Part shown: piece by piece, positions 27,450 to 41,740 of the stretch | How positions within the stretch are numbered: position 1 is the stretch's first letter | Layout of the letters: every line of letters begins with the position of its first letter | Origin: Acidobacteriota bacterium | GTDB lineage: Bacteria; Acidobacteriota; Thermoanaerobaculia; Multivoradales; Multivoraceae | Direction: 5' to 3' | Length of the DNA stretch: 64,000 nt | NCBI GenBank assembly: GCA_026707325.1 | Contig: JAPOXA010000139.1 | Span: 3,570-67,569 of the forward strand | Position numbers and translations under genes: made by a program | Notes under the pieces: generated by a model | What the model saw: only the letters and a program-made list of their open reading frames with translations | Told to the model about the DNA's origin: nothing | Databases searched by the model: none

Positions 27450-27631
27450 GCTGCGGAACGTAGCTCTGCAGAGCGGCAATTCCCAACCGGGCACCGGGAA
27501 GCGGTGGTAGTGCGCGTCGGAACGTGGGCGAGAAGTGCGTCGGTTCGGAACAGCAATGGAGGAAGCGGGTAGAGGCGCTGCCGTGCGCTGGTTCATCATG
27601 GCTCTGGTCGCTGCAGATCGAAAGAGGGAGC

Positions 27632-28987
27632 ATGCCTAGCTCCGTCTGGCCGACTCTACGCCGGCAGTTGCGCGCGGACCTCCCGGCCGAGGATTTCCGC
27701 ACCTGGTTTCATCCCCTGAGGGTCGCGTCGGAGGACGCCGACCACCTCGTCCTCGAAGCGCCGAACTCGCGCTTCGTCGAGGCGCTCGAAGAGGGCTTCC
27801 GCCCGATCGTCGACTGGGCGATCGCCGATCTCAAGGGACCGACGTACCAGGTCCTGTTCAAGAGCGGCGAGACGCGGACCAGGGTCGAAGCGCCGGGAAG
27901 ATCAACTCCCGCCAGGCCCGGCGGGAGGCCCGAGCGGGCGGATCGCCCCGACCCGGAGGGGGCGCCGAGCAGCTCGCTCAATCCCCAGTACCGGTTCGAC
28001 TCGTTCGTGGTCGGCAACTCGAACCGGTTCGCCAGCGCCGCCTCCCAAGCCGTCGCCGAGAAGCCCGGCATCGCGTACAACCCGCTCTTCCTCTACGGCG
28101 GCGTGGGCCTGGGCAAGACCCATCTGCTGCATGCGATCGGCAACCGCCTCCGCCGCGCGGCACCCGGTACACGCGTCGTGTACCTCGCCGCGGAGGACTT
28201 CGTGAACGACCTGATCACCTCGATCCGGTTCGAGCGGATGCCCGCCTTCCGCGAGCGCTACCGGACGATCGACGTCCTGCTGGTGGACGACATCCAGTTC
28301 CTGGCCAAGAAAGAGCGCTCCCAGGAGGAGTTCTTCCACACCTTCAACGTGCTCTACACGCGGCAGAAGCAGATCATCGTGACCTCGGACGCCCAGCCGC
28401 GCGACATGGCGGACATCGAGGAGCGTCTGCGAAGCCGCTTCGGCTCGGGTCTTCTCGCCGACATCCAGGCGCCCGACCTGGAGACCAAGGTCGCCATCCT
28501 CCAGCGCAAGGCCCGGCAACTCCAGGGCCTGGACCTGGACACGGACGTCGCCATGTTCATCGCGCGGCAGGTCCATTCGAACGTGCGCGAACTCGAAGGC
28601 CTGCTCAACCGGGTCACCGCGTTCGCCTCGCTTTCGGGTGTGCCCCTCGATCTCGGGTTCGCCAAGGAAGCGCTGCGCGACGTCCTGCCGGAGCAGGACC
28701 GTCCCGTGTCCTCGACGCAGATCATCAAGATGGTGGCCCACCACTACGGTCTCAAGGTCCGCGAGATCAAGAGCAAGAGCAACTCCCGGCAGATCACCTA
28801 TCCCCGCCAGATCGCGATGTACCTCTGCAAGCGTCTCACCGAGATGTCCTACCCGGAGATCGGGAGAGTCTTCAACGGCAAGCATCACTCGACCGTCATG
28901 TACTCCGTCGAGCAGATCGAGCGCCGCCGCGCCGACGACGAGCGCCTGGCCGCTCAACTGGAGCGCTTCACCCGTCAACTCGGCTGA
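27632..28987 (+). CDS. dnaA: chromosomal replication initiator protein DnaA
   Basis: AAA+ Walker A GGVGLGKTHLL, box VII, C-terminal DNA-binding domain with KSKSNSRQITYPRQIAMYLCK and HSTV. ATG after GAGGGAG. Confidence 0.95.
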   Translation: MPSSVWPTLRRQLRADLPAEDFRTWFHPLRVASEDADHLVLEAPNSRFVEALEEGFRPIVDWAIADLKGPTYQVLFKSGETRTRVEAPGRSTPARPGGRPERADRPDPEGAPSSSLNPQYRFDSFVVGNSNRFASAASQAVAEKPGIAYNPLFLYGGVGLGKTHLLHAIGNRLRRAAPGTRVVYLAAEDFVNDLITSIRFERMPAFRERYRTIDVLLVDDIQFLAKKERSQEEFFHTFNVLYTRQKQIIVTSDAQPRDMADIEERLRSRFGSGLLADIQAPDLETKVAILQRKARQLQGLDLDTDVAMFIARQVHSNVRELEGLLNRVTAFASLSGVPLDLGFAKEALRDVLPEQDRPVSSTQIIKMVAHHYGLKVREIKSKSNSRQITYPRQIAMYLCKRLTEMSYPEIGRVFNGKHHSTVMYSVEQIERRRADDERLAAQLERFTRQLG

Positions 28988-29247
28988 GCGAGAGCCGTTG
29001 CCGTCTCGCCAGGGACGACCTCCGCGCAACCTGTCGAATGAACATCCTGCGGAATCGCGGCGGATCGCCCACCAGAGGATCTGCGCACCGCCAGCGGATT
29101 GCCAGGGCGCCGGTTCCGGTTGTTCTGCGGTCGTTCTGCGGAGGGAATCCGTGCCCCGCACGGCCCGGCGGCCGAAGTCCGCAGAGTGCACAATCGCTCC
29201 GCTGCCGACTCCGCTCCTCGCCGATGCCGGACAACCCGACCCAAAGC

Positions 29248-29272
29248 ACTGATTATAAATGATTTACAAGGT
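29248..29272. promoter_or_regulatory. AT-rich block (TGATTATAAATGATTTACAAGG): candidate dnaN promoter -10 and/or origin unwinding element
   Basis: A 25-nt block that is mostly A/T in an otherwise GC-rich window, about 75 nt upstream of dnaN. Contains TATAAAT. Confidence 0.3.
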
Positions 29273-29344
29273 TCATCCTCACGCGGAACCGGTGCCTTCT
29301 ACGGCTACTTTCCTGGTGTATATTTCTTCCCGAGGAGAAGACAG

Positions 29345-30457
29345 ATGAAGACCCGAGTCGAACGACGAGAGCTGCTGACCGAACTTGTGACGATGCGCGG
29401 CATCGTCGAGAGCAGGTCGACGATTCCGGTCCTCTCCCACCTTCTCCTGACGGTTCGCGACGACCGCCTGGAGCTCGCGGCCACCGACCTGGACGTCTCC
29501 CTGACCTCCTGGTGCAGCGCGGAGGAAGGAAGCTGCGAACCGGGCGCCACCGCGGTGCAGGCCCGGAAGTTCCTCGAGATCGTCCGGGCCCTGGCCGACG
29601 GTCCCATCGAGTTGTCGACCGGCGACTCCAACTCGCTCCACATCGACGCCGGGTCTTCGAAGTTTCGGATCAACGGTCTCTCGGCCGAGGACTTCCCGAC
29701 ACTCACGACGGTCGACCAGGACTCGTCGTCCTCGTCCTTCGAGGCGCCTTTCCCCGACGTCAAGCGGATGATCGGCAAGGTCATCTTCGCCGTCTCCGCG
29801 GAAGAGTCCCGCTTCCAGTTGAACGGAGCCCTGCTCAAGCTGAAGGACGGCAAGGTCGAGATGGTCGCGACCGATGGCCACCGGCTTGCCCTGATCGAAG
29901 CCGAGATGCCGGGCGTCGCGGAAGCGGACGGCGTTCTCGCGCCGCGCAAGGCGCTGCTTGAGTTGATGCGCTTCGACAGCGACGAGACGATCCGTTTCCG
30001 CCGCGGCGAGCACCACCTCGGCTTCGTGATCGGGCGTCGCGAGCTGACGTGCCGCATTCTCGAGGGTACGTTCCCGGACTACGAGAAGGTGATCTCCACG
30101 GAGAACGACCGCAAGGCGACGTTCGATCGCAACGCGCTCTCCGAGGTGGTGCATCGGGTCGCCCTGCTGACGGGTGACCGCGCCCCCATGGTCAGGCTCG
30201 GTTTCGAGCCCCAGTCGCTGCGTGTTTCGTCCTCGAACCCGGATCTGGGCGAGGCGGAAGAGAGCCTTGGCTGCGACTACGAGGCCGAGAAACTGGACAT
30301 CGGTCTGAACCCCGTCTACGTGCGGGACTTCCTGTCCGCGGTCGACAGCGAGCAGGTGGAATTCGCGCTCAAGGACGAGAACAGCCAGTGTCTCGGACAG
30401 CCCGTTGGGGGGCCTGATTTCCGCTACTTGTGCGTGATCATGCCGATGCGAATCTGA
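29345..30457 (+). CDS. dnaN: DNA polymerase III subunit beta (sliding clamp)
   Basis: 370 aa from MKTRVERRELL after GAGGAG. Three-domain clamp. The 5' extension to 29099 is rejected. Confidence 0.9.
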   Translation: MKTRVERRELLTELVTMRGIVESRSTIPVLSHLLLTVRDDRLELAATDLDVSLTSWCSAEEGSCEPGATAVQARKFLEIVRALADGPIELSTGDSNSLHIDAGSSKFRINGLSAEDFPTLTTVDQDSSSSSFEAPFPDVKRMIGKVIFAVSAEESRFQLNGALLKLKDGKVEMVATDGHRLALIEAEMPGVAEADGVLAPRKALLELMRFDSDETIRFRRGEHHLGFVIGRRELTCRILEGTFPDYEKVISTENDRKATFDRNALSEVVHRVALLTGDRAPMVRLGFEPQSLRVSSSNPDLGEAEESLGCDYEAEKLDIGLNPVYVRDFLSAVDSEQVEFALKDENSQCLGQPVGGPDFRYLCVIMPMRI

Positions 30458-30514
30458 GGGTCTCCGGTCGGGCGGCTAACTCTCCTGTTTTCAGATAGTT
30501 GCGAGCGGACCTGA

Positions 30515-33043
<2,529 letters not shown>

Positions 33044-33053
33044 CCCATCGACC

Positions 33054-35603
<2,550 letters not shown>

Positions 35604-35628
35604 CAGCGAGCAGCCCGGGAGCGCCACG

Positions 35629-36285
35629 ATGAAGTTCTTTCTGGACACCGCGGACACAGGCGAGATCGAGACCGGCTTGGAATGGGGCATGGTCGACGGC
35701 GTCACCACGAACCCGAGCCTGATCGCCAAGCAGGGCAAGCCGTACCTGCCGACCGTCAAGGAGATCGCGGACCTGGTACCGGGCCCGGTCAGCGGCGAAG
35801 TCCTGGCGACGGATCTCGACGGCATGCTGGAACAGGGCCGGAGGCTCGCCGGCCTGGCCGACAACGTCGTCGTCAAGGTGCCGCTCGGGCCGCCGGGGCT
35901 GACCGCCGTGCGGCGCCTCGCCGAGGAAGGGATCCGGTGCAACGTGACCCTCTGCTTCTCGCCGTCCCAGGCGCTGCTGGCGGCGAAGGCGGGCGCCGCC
36001 TACATCTCGCCCTTCGTCGGCCGCCTCGACGACATCGCCCAGGACGGCATGGACCTGATTCGGCAGGTCGTTTCGATCTACTCCCGGTACGACTTCGAGA
36101 CCGAGGTCCTGGTCGCTTCGGTGCGCCATCCGGTCCACATCGTCGTTTCGGCCGAGATGGGCGCCGACGTGGCGACCCTTCCCTTCAAGACGCTGAGCCA
36201 GCTCTACCGTCATCCGCTGACCGACATCGGCCTGGAGAACTTCCTTTCCGACTGGCGGGCCACCGGCAAGAGCTTCGATGACTGA
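35629..36285 (+). CDS. tal: transaldolase / fructose-6-phosphate aldolase (short-form Tal/Fsa family)
   Basis: 218 aa. [17 protein letters not shown], Schiff-base lysine in VVVKVP. Confidence 0.85.
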   Translation: MKFFLDTADTGEIETGLEWGMVDGVTTNPSLIAKQGKPYLPTVKEIADLVPGPVSGEVLATDLDGMLEQGRRLAGLADNVVVKVPLGPPGLTAVRRLAEEGIRCNVTLCFSPSQALLAAKAGAAYISPFVGRLDDIAQDGMDLIRQVVSIYSRYDFETEVLVASVRHPVHIVVSAEMGADVATLPFKTLSQLYRHPLTDIGLENFLSDWRATGKSFDD

Positions 36286-36303
36286 CCCCGCCGGGCTGGT
36301 GCG

Positions 36304-37701
36304 ATGAGCGTCGACGCCGTTCTCGACCGGGTGGATCGCGAGACCGCCGCCAGCCTGGATCAGTTGAAGGAGTACCTGCGGATCCCGTCCGTCTCGACCG
36401 ATCCTGCGTACGCTGGCGACGTGCGCCGCTGCGCCGGCTTCGTCAGGGAGCGGCTCGAGGCCGCGGGGCTTGAGGCGGAGATCATCGAGACGGCGGGCCA
36501 TCCGCTCGTGTACGGCGAATGGCTCGGCGCTCCCGGCCGCCCGACCGTCCTCTTCTACGGCCACTACGACGTGCAGCCGGTCGACCCGTTGGGAGAGTGG
36601 CGGAACGACCCGTTCGAGCCGACGATCGAGACGGGCGCACGCGGCGAGCGGATCGTCGCCCGCGGCGCCACCGACGACAAGGGCCAGTCCTTCACTCACA
36701 TCAAGGCGGTGGAGGCGATCATGGCCGAGACCGGCGGCCTGCCGGTCAACGTGAAGTTCCTGATCGAGGGCGAGGAGGAGTGTGGCGGCGAGGCGATCGA
36801 GGCCTACGTCCGGAGCCCGGAGTCCCGGCGCCTGGGCTGCGACCTGGCGCTGGTCTCCGACACCTCCATGTACGGGCCGGGCCAGCCTTCCGTCCTCTAC
36901 GGCCTGAAGGGCCTGCTCTACACCGAGGTCCGCGTGCGCGGCGCGGGCCGGGATCTGCACTCGGGCACGTTCGGCGGCGCCGTCGCGAACCCCCTGAACG
37001 TCCTGGGCACCATGCTGGCCGCGCTCCGCGACCCGCGCGACGGCCGGATCCTCGTTCCGGGCTTCTACGACGACGTGCGGCCGCTGGGCGCGGAGGAGCG
37101 GGCGGCATTCGCGGCGCTGCCGTTCGACGAGTCGAAGTACGGCGACGAGATCGGCGCGTCCGCGTTGTGGGGCGAGGCCGGCTACACGACCCTGGAACGG
37201 GTCTGGGCACGGCCGACCTGCGACGTGAACGGGCTGTGGGGCGGCTACCAGGGCCCCGGCGCCAAGACGGTGATCGCCAACCGGGCCGGCGCCAAGGTTT
37301 CGATGCGACTGGTGCCGGACCAGGACCCGGAGCGGCTGTTCCGTTCCTTCGCGGCCTACATGCGCTCGCTGGCGCCGCCGGGGATCGAGGTCGAGGTCGA
37401 GAACCTGAACGGGGCGCCGCCGGTGCTCGTCGACCTCGACGGCCCGCTCGTCGACGCGGCTCTCGAGGGCGTGCGCGAGGCCTGGGGCCGCGAGCCGGTC
37501 CGGGTCCGGGAGGGCGGCTCGATTCCCATCGTCTCCACCCTGTCCGAGGTGCTGGGCGCTCCCGTGCTGTTGATCGGTTTCGGCCTGTCGGACGACCGGT
37601 TGCACGCCCCGAACGAGAAGATGGATCTCGCGAACTTCTACCAGGGCATTCGCACGGTGGTCCGCGTGCTCGACCGCCTCGGAGGCTGCGCCGCCGCCTG
37701 A
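36304..37701 (+). CDS. M20 family metallopeptidase (dipeptidase / ArgE-DapE-CPG2 superfamily)
   Basis: FYGHYDVQP, GATDDKG, LIEGEEE. Dimerisation domain. Confidence 0.8.
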   Translation: MSVDAVLDRVDRETAASLDQLKEYLRIPSVSTDPAYAGDVRRCAGFVRERLEAAGLEAEIIETAGHPLVYGEWLGAPGRPTVLFYGHYDVQPVDPLGEWRNDPFEPTIETGARGERIVARGATDDKGQSFTHIKAVEAIMAETGGLPVNVKFLIEGEEECGGEAIEAYVRSPESRRLGCDLALVSDTSMYGPGQPSVLYGLKGLLYTEVRVRGAGRDLHSGTFGGAVANPLNVLGTMLAALRDPRDGRILVPGFYDDVRPLGAEERAAFAALPFDESKYGDEIGASALWGEAGYTTLERVWARPTCDVNGLWGGYQGPGAKTVIANRAGAKVSMRLVPDQDPERLFRSFAAYMRSLAPPGIEVEVENLNGAPPVLVDLDGPLVDAALEGVREAWGREPVRVREGGSIPIVSTLSEVLGAPVLLIGFGLSDDRLHAPNEKMDLANFYQGIRTVVRVLDRLGGCAAA

Positions 37702-37707
37702 CCGCCT

Positions 37708-38328
37708 GTGGCTGCCGGGCGCGAGCGTGAGATCAAGGTCGCGGTCGCCGATCTGGACCGGCTCCGGGAACGCGTCCGTGCCGCCGGCGGCAAGCTCGAA
37801 CGAGCCGCCGCCATGGAGTCGAACTGGGTCTTCGACCGCCGGGGCGCCGCGCCCTCCGAGCGGCTGCGGACCCGCCGCGAGTTGCTTCGTCTGCGCACGG
37901 ACGGCGGCGGCTGCCGGTTGACCTTCAAGTCCGCTCCCGAGATGCGGGGCGGCGTCAAGGAGAGGGCGGAACACGAGTTCGCCGTCGACGACCCGGCGGC
38001 GGCGCGCCTCTTCCTCGAGTCGCTCGGCTTCGAGGTCACGGCGCGCTATGAGAAGGTCCGCGAGCGCTGGCTGCTTCTCGGCTGCGAGGTCGCCCTCGAT
38101 CGGACGCCGATCGGCGACTTCGTGGAGGTCGAGCAGGTCGACCCGGACCTGCCTGCCGGCGGGATCGAACGCGTCTGCCGCCGCTGCGGCATCGATCCGG
38201 AGCAGGCGGATCCGCGGGACTACCTGGCGATCTACCGCGATCACCGCGCGCGACACGAGGGACTGCCCCGGGACATGGTGTTTGCAGGCGATCCGCGGCG
38301 CACGCCGGAGGGCGGAGCCTCACGGTGA
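37708..38328 (+). CDS. CYTH domain protein (class IV adenylyl cyclase / inorganic triphosphatase-like)
   Basis: EIKVAV N-terminal ExExK motif and later acidic clusters typical of the CYTH triphosphate tunnel. Start may be GTG. Confidence 0.55.
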   Translation: MAAGREREIKVAVADLDRLRERVRAAGGKLERAAAMESNWVFDRRGAAPSERLRTRRELLRLRTDGGGCRLTFKSAPEMRGGVKERAEHEFAVDDPAAARLFLESLGFEVTARYEKVRERWLLLGCEVALDRTPIGDFVEVEQVDPDLPAGGIERVCRRCGIDPEQADPRDYLAIYRDHRARHEGLPRDMVFAGDPRRTPEGGASR

Positions 38329-39356
38329 GAGACGCGGTCCGGCGGATGCGGGCGCTCGTACTTTGCGCCGGCCGCGGAGAACGGCTGCGGCCGCTGACCG
38401 CCGCCTTGGCCAAGCCCCTGCTGCCGGTGGCTGGCCGCGCCGTCGCGTGGCGAACGATCGACCTTCTTCACCGCGCCGGCTGCGAGACGGCGGTGAACCT
38501 GTTCCACCTCGGAGACACGGTGCGGCGTGGGCTCGAGAGCGAGGCCGGCGCCCGCGGGATCGAACTCCGTTTCGAGGTCGAACCGGAACTGCTCGGCACC
38601 TTGGGCGCCGTGGTCAACCTGCAGGACTTCCTCGCCGATGCCGACGACATCGTGGTGGTCAACGGCGACTCGCTCTGTCGCTGGCCGATCCGCGAGGCGC
38701 TCGACCGCCACCGCCGCAGCGGCGCCGACGTCACCCTCCAGGTCGGCTGGAACGACCGCGTCGGCGGCGGCGTGGAGGTCGATCCCCGCGGCCTGGTGGT
38801 CGGGCTCCGGGACGTCCAGGTCGGCCCGGTCCGCGGCCGGAAACGGACGTTCCAGGGCCTCCACGTCCTCTCCCGCCGGGCCGTCGAGCAGATTTCGCCT
38901 CGCCCGTCGTCGAACGACATCGTCGAGGGTCTCTACCAGCCGCTCCTCCGCTCGGGAGGCCGGATCGTCGGCTTCCGCTGCCGCCGCCCCTGGCACGACC
39001 TGGGAACCCCCCGCCGCTACCTCGAAGGCGCTCTCGACTGGGGCCGCACCGCCGGAAGCCGCAAACGCCGCCGCCGCTTCATCGCCTCCGGCGTCACCGT
39101 AGCCCCCGGCGCTACCGTCGAGCACAGCGTGCTCGAGACGGGCGCCCGCGTCGGAGAGGACGTCGTCGTCGAGCGGAGCCTGGTGATGCCCGGCACCCTG
39201 ATCGGCTCGGGCGCGCAACTCCTGGAGGCCATCGTCGCTCCGGGGATTCGCGTCCCTGACGGGGCCCGCATCGACGGGCAGCTCGTGACGCCGGTCGACT
39301 GGGGTTTGGGCGCTGGCAGCAGGGAACGGGACGGACTGGTGTTCACGCCCCTTTAG
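38325..39356 (+). CDS. sugar-phosphate nucleotidyltransferase with C-terminal left-handed beta-helix
   Basis: ALVLCAGRGERLRPLT (G-x-G-T-R-L), then hexapeptide repeats. Overlaps the CYTH stop by 4 nt. Confidence 0.7.
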   Translation: MRDAVRRMRALVLCAGRGERLRPLTAALAKPLLPVAGRAVAWRTIDLLHRAGCETAVNLFHLGDTVRRGLESEAGARGIELRFEVEPELLGTLGAVVNLQDFLADADDIVVVNGDSLCRWPIREALDRHRRSGADVTLQVGWNDRVGGGVEVDPRGLVVGLRDVQVGPVRGRKRTFQGLHVLSRRAVEQISPRPSSNDIVEGLYQPLLRSGGRIVGFRCRRPWHDLGTPRRYLEGALDWGRTAGSRKRRRRFIASGVTVAPGATVEHSVLETGARVGEDVVVERSLVMPGTLIGSGAQLLEAIVAPGIRVPDGARIDGQLVTPVDWGLGAGSRERDGLVFTPL

Positions 39357-39365
39357 CCAATCGGT

Positions 39366-39383
39366 GCCGGCCTAACGGCCGGC
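39366..39383. terminator. GC-rich hairpin between convergent genes
   Basis: GCCGGCC-TAAC-GGCCGGC between the nucleotidyltransferase end (39356) and the thrC end (39406). Confidence 0.35.
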
Positions 39384-39405
39384 CCGACCCCGGACGGCCC
39401 AGTAC

Positions 39406-40749
39406 CTAGGCGCCGCGGAGCAGCACGTCGCGCAACGCCGGGTAGTCGGCCGGGATCTCGATGATGCGTTCGGGGAGGTGGGCGGAGCGTTGGAGGGCGG
39501 GCGGTGCGGGCGGCTCGATGCCGATGGTGGCTTGAACGGTTTCGGCGAACTTGGCGGGGTGGGCGGTGGCGAGGACGACGCCGGTACCGGCTCCCTGGGC
39601 TTCGAGTTCCGCCTTGAGGCCGAGGTAACCCACGGCGGTGTGTGGGTCGAGCAGGTAGCCGGTGCGGTCATGGACGTCGCGCATGGCGCGCCGGGTCGCC
39701 TGGTCGTCGAAGGCGCGGCCCGCCAGATCGCGGCGGATGTGCTCTAGCGGCGCGGCTTCGCTGGAGTAGGGGGCGCTGGAGTAGAGGTGAATGATGCGGG
39801 CAAAGTTGCTCGGATTGCCCACGTCCATCGCGTTCGAGATCGTGGCGACCGAACCGCGCGGCAGGTAGTCGCCGCTGCGGATGTAGGCCGGCACTACGTC
39901 GTTCGCGTTGGTCGCCGCGACGAAACGGGACACGGGCAGGCCGATGCGTTTCGCGATCAGGCCGGCGGTCAGGTTGCCGAAGTTGCCGCTAGGAGTCGAG
40001 AACACGAGCGGTTCGCCGGCGTCGTCGAGCGGCGGCGCGGGGAGCTGCGCCCAGGCATGGAAGTAGTAGAAGACCTGGGGCAGCAGCCGGCCGATGTTGA
40101 TCGAGTTGGCCGAGGCGAGAGGGCGCTGCCGGCGCAACTCGCCGTCGGCGAAGGCCTCCCGGGCCAGGCTCTGACAGTCGTCGAAGGTGCCTTCGACCGC
40201 GACCGCGGTCACGTTGCCGCCCAGGGTCGTGAACAGGCGCCGCTGCGCCTCGGTGACCAGGCCGTCGGGGTACAGCACGCAGACCCGGAAGCCGGCGACG
40301 CCGCTGAAGGCGTGGGCCACCGCGCTGCCGGTGTCGCCGCTGGTCGCCACGATCACCGTGGTTTCGGTATCGCCGGCAACCGTCACGAACCGCGCCATCA
40401 AGCGGGCCATGACTCGTGAGGCGACATCCTTGAACGCCAGCGTGGGCCCGTGGAAGAGTTCCAGGCAGTGGATGCCGGGCTCGATCGGCGCGAGGGGGAT
40501 CGGGAAGTCGAGGGCGTCCTCGACCAAGTCGGCGAGTTCCTCTTCCGGGATCTCCGAACCGAAGAGGCGGCTGCCGAGGACGGCGGCGATGCCGGTCAGC
40601 GGCAGGGACTGCAGGGCGGCGAGGTCCGCCGCGTTCAGCGCCGGAAGATCCTCGGGGACGTACAGGCCGCCGTCCGGCGCCGGCCCTTCGAGCAGCGCAT
40701 GGCCCAGAGTGACCGGTGGCGTCCTGCCGGCGGTGCTGACGAAGCGCAC
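39406..40749 (-). CDS. thrC: threonine synthase
   Basis: PLP lysine in PTLAFKD. TSGDTGSA. 447 aa. Confidence 0.9.
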   Translation of the reverse strand: MRFVSTAGRTPPVTLGHALLEGPAPDGGLYVPEDLPALNAADLAALQSLPLTGIAAVLGSRLFGSEIPEEELADLVEDALDFPIPLAPIEPGIHCLELFHGPTLAFKDVASRVMARLMARFVTVAGDTETTVIVATSGDTGSAVAHAFSGVAGFRVCVLYPDGLVTEAQRRLFTTLGGNVTAVAVEGTFDDCQSLAREAFADGELRRQRPLASANSINIGRLLPQVFYYFHAWAQLPAPPLDDAGEPLVFSTPSGNFGNLTAGLIAKRIGLPVSRFVAATNANDVVPAYIRSGDYLPRGSVATISNAMDVGNPSNFARIIHLYSSAPYSSEAAPLEHIRRDLAGRAFDDQATRRAMRDVHDRTGYLLDPHTAVGYLGLKAELEAQGAGTGVVLATAHPAKFAETVQATIGIEPPAPPALQRSAHLPERIIEIPADYPALRDVLLRGA

Positions 40750-40750
40750 G

Positions 40751-41740
40751 TCAGGCCTCGCCGTCGATCACCCGTGCACCGGGCGCCGGCAGCGGCGAGA
40801 CGAGCCGGTCGCAGGCGACGCCTGCCGCGGCCTCGATCGCGGCCGCCATGGCCGCCACCACCCGTGTTCCCCGATCGCGGCCGTCGCACAGGGCGAACAG
40901 CGCCGGGCCGCTGCCGGAGAGGCTGCAACCCAGGGCCCCCGCCTCGACCGCGGCCGCCTTGGCGGCGTGGAAGCCGGGCACGCCCGGCGCCCGGACGGGC
41001 TCGGCGACAACGTCGACCAAGGCGCGAGACAGGAGTTCCAGGTCGGAACGGTAGAGCGCCGCCACCAAGGCCGCCGCGTTGCCCCACTGGGTCACGGCCC
41101 GCTCGAGCGGCAGGTGACGTTCCAGGCGGGCCCGGGACTCCTTCGTGTTGACCTCGGCGTGGGGCCGGACGAGAGCGCAGGTCAGGCCCTCGGGCACCGG
41201 CAGGTCGATCACGTCCGGCTCGGGATTGAGCGAGCGGACCAGGACGAGGCCGCCGAGCAGGGAAGGCGCCAGGTTGTCGGCGTGCGCGCCGCCGCTCGCC
41301 AGAACCTCTCCGGCGACGGCGTAGCGAAGCAGGGACGCGGCCGGCAACTCCAGACCGAGCAGCGCATCGACCGCGACGACCGCCGCGACGGCGCTGGCGG
41401 CGCTCGAGCCCAGGCCGCTCTCGAGCGGCATCCGCTTCACGATCTCGAGGTCGACGGCCGCGCCGGGCGCCTCGCCGTCGACCAGTGCCGCCGCGGCGAC
41501 GGCTGCCGTGTTGCGGTCCGCCTCCAGCGGCAGCCGGCCTTCGTCGCCGGCGATCGCGGTGATCCGGATCGGCCCGGGCCCGTCACCGCCGGCGGTCGGC
41601 TCGCGCTGGCGGGCGGTGACGATGTCTCCCGGGCCCAGGTCCCCCTCGCTCTCCGATTGCAGAGCGAAGCCCAGGATGTCGAATCCGCAGGCGATGTTGG
41701 AGACGGAGGCCGGGGCGAACGCCCTCACCGGGTTCGTCAT
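40751..41740 (-). CDS. thrB: homoserine kinase
   Basis: GHMP kinase motif PLESGLGSSAASAVA. Start ATG overlaps the asd stop. Confidence 0.85.
   Translation of the reverse strand: MTNPVRAFAPASVSNIACGFDILGFALQSESEGDLGPGDIVTARQREPTAGGDGPGPIRITAIAGDEGRLPLEADRNTAAVAAAALVDGEAPGAAVDLEIVKRMPLESGLGSSAASAVAAVVAVDALLGLELPAASLLRYAVAGEVLASGGAHADNLAPSLLGGLVLVRSLNPEPDVIDLPVPEGLTCALVRPHAEVNTKESRARLERHLPLERAVTQWGNAAALVAALYRSDLELLSRALVDVVAEPVRAPGVPGFHAAKAAAVEAGALGCSLSGSGPALFALCDGRDRGTRVVAAMAAAIEAAAGVACDRLVSPLPAPGARVIDGEA

Noticed and set aside
27524-27631. 36-aa N-terminal extension of dnaA
   Set aside because: Conserved DnaA N-terminus (MPSSVWPTL...) starts at the ATG at 27632, which has a GAGGGAG RBS. Similar 5' extensions were trimmed for dnaN, parB, rodA, rng and wzm.
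29248-29272. AT-rich block as a definite DNA-unwinding element
   Set aside because: Only 25 nt and containing a perfect TATAAAT, so a dnaN promoter is at least as likely. Kept as a candidate only.
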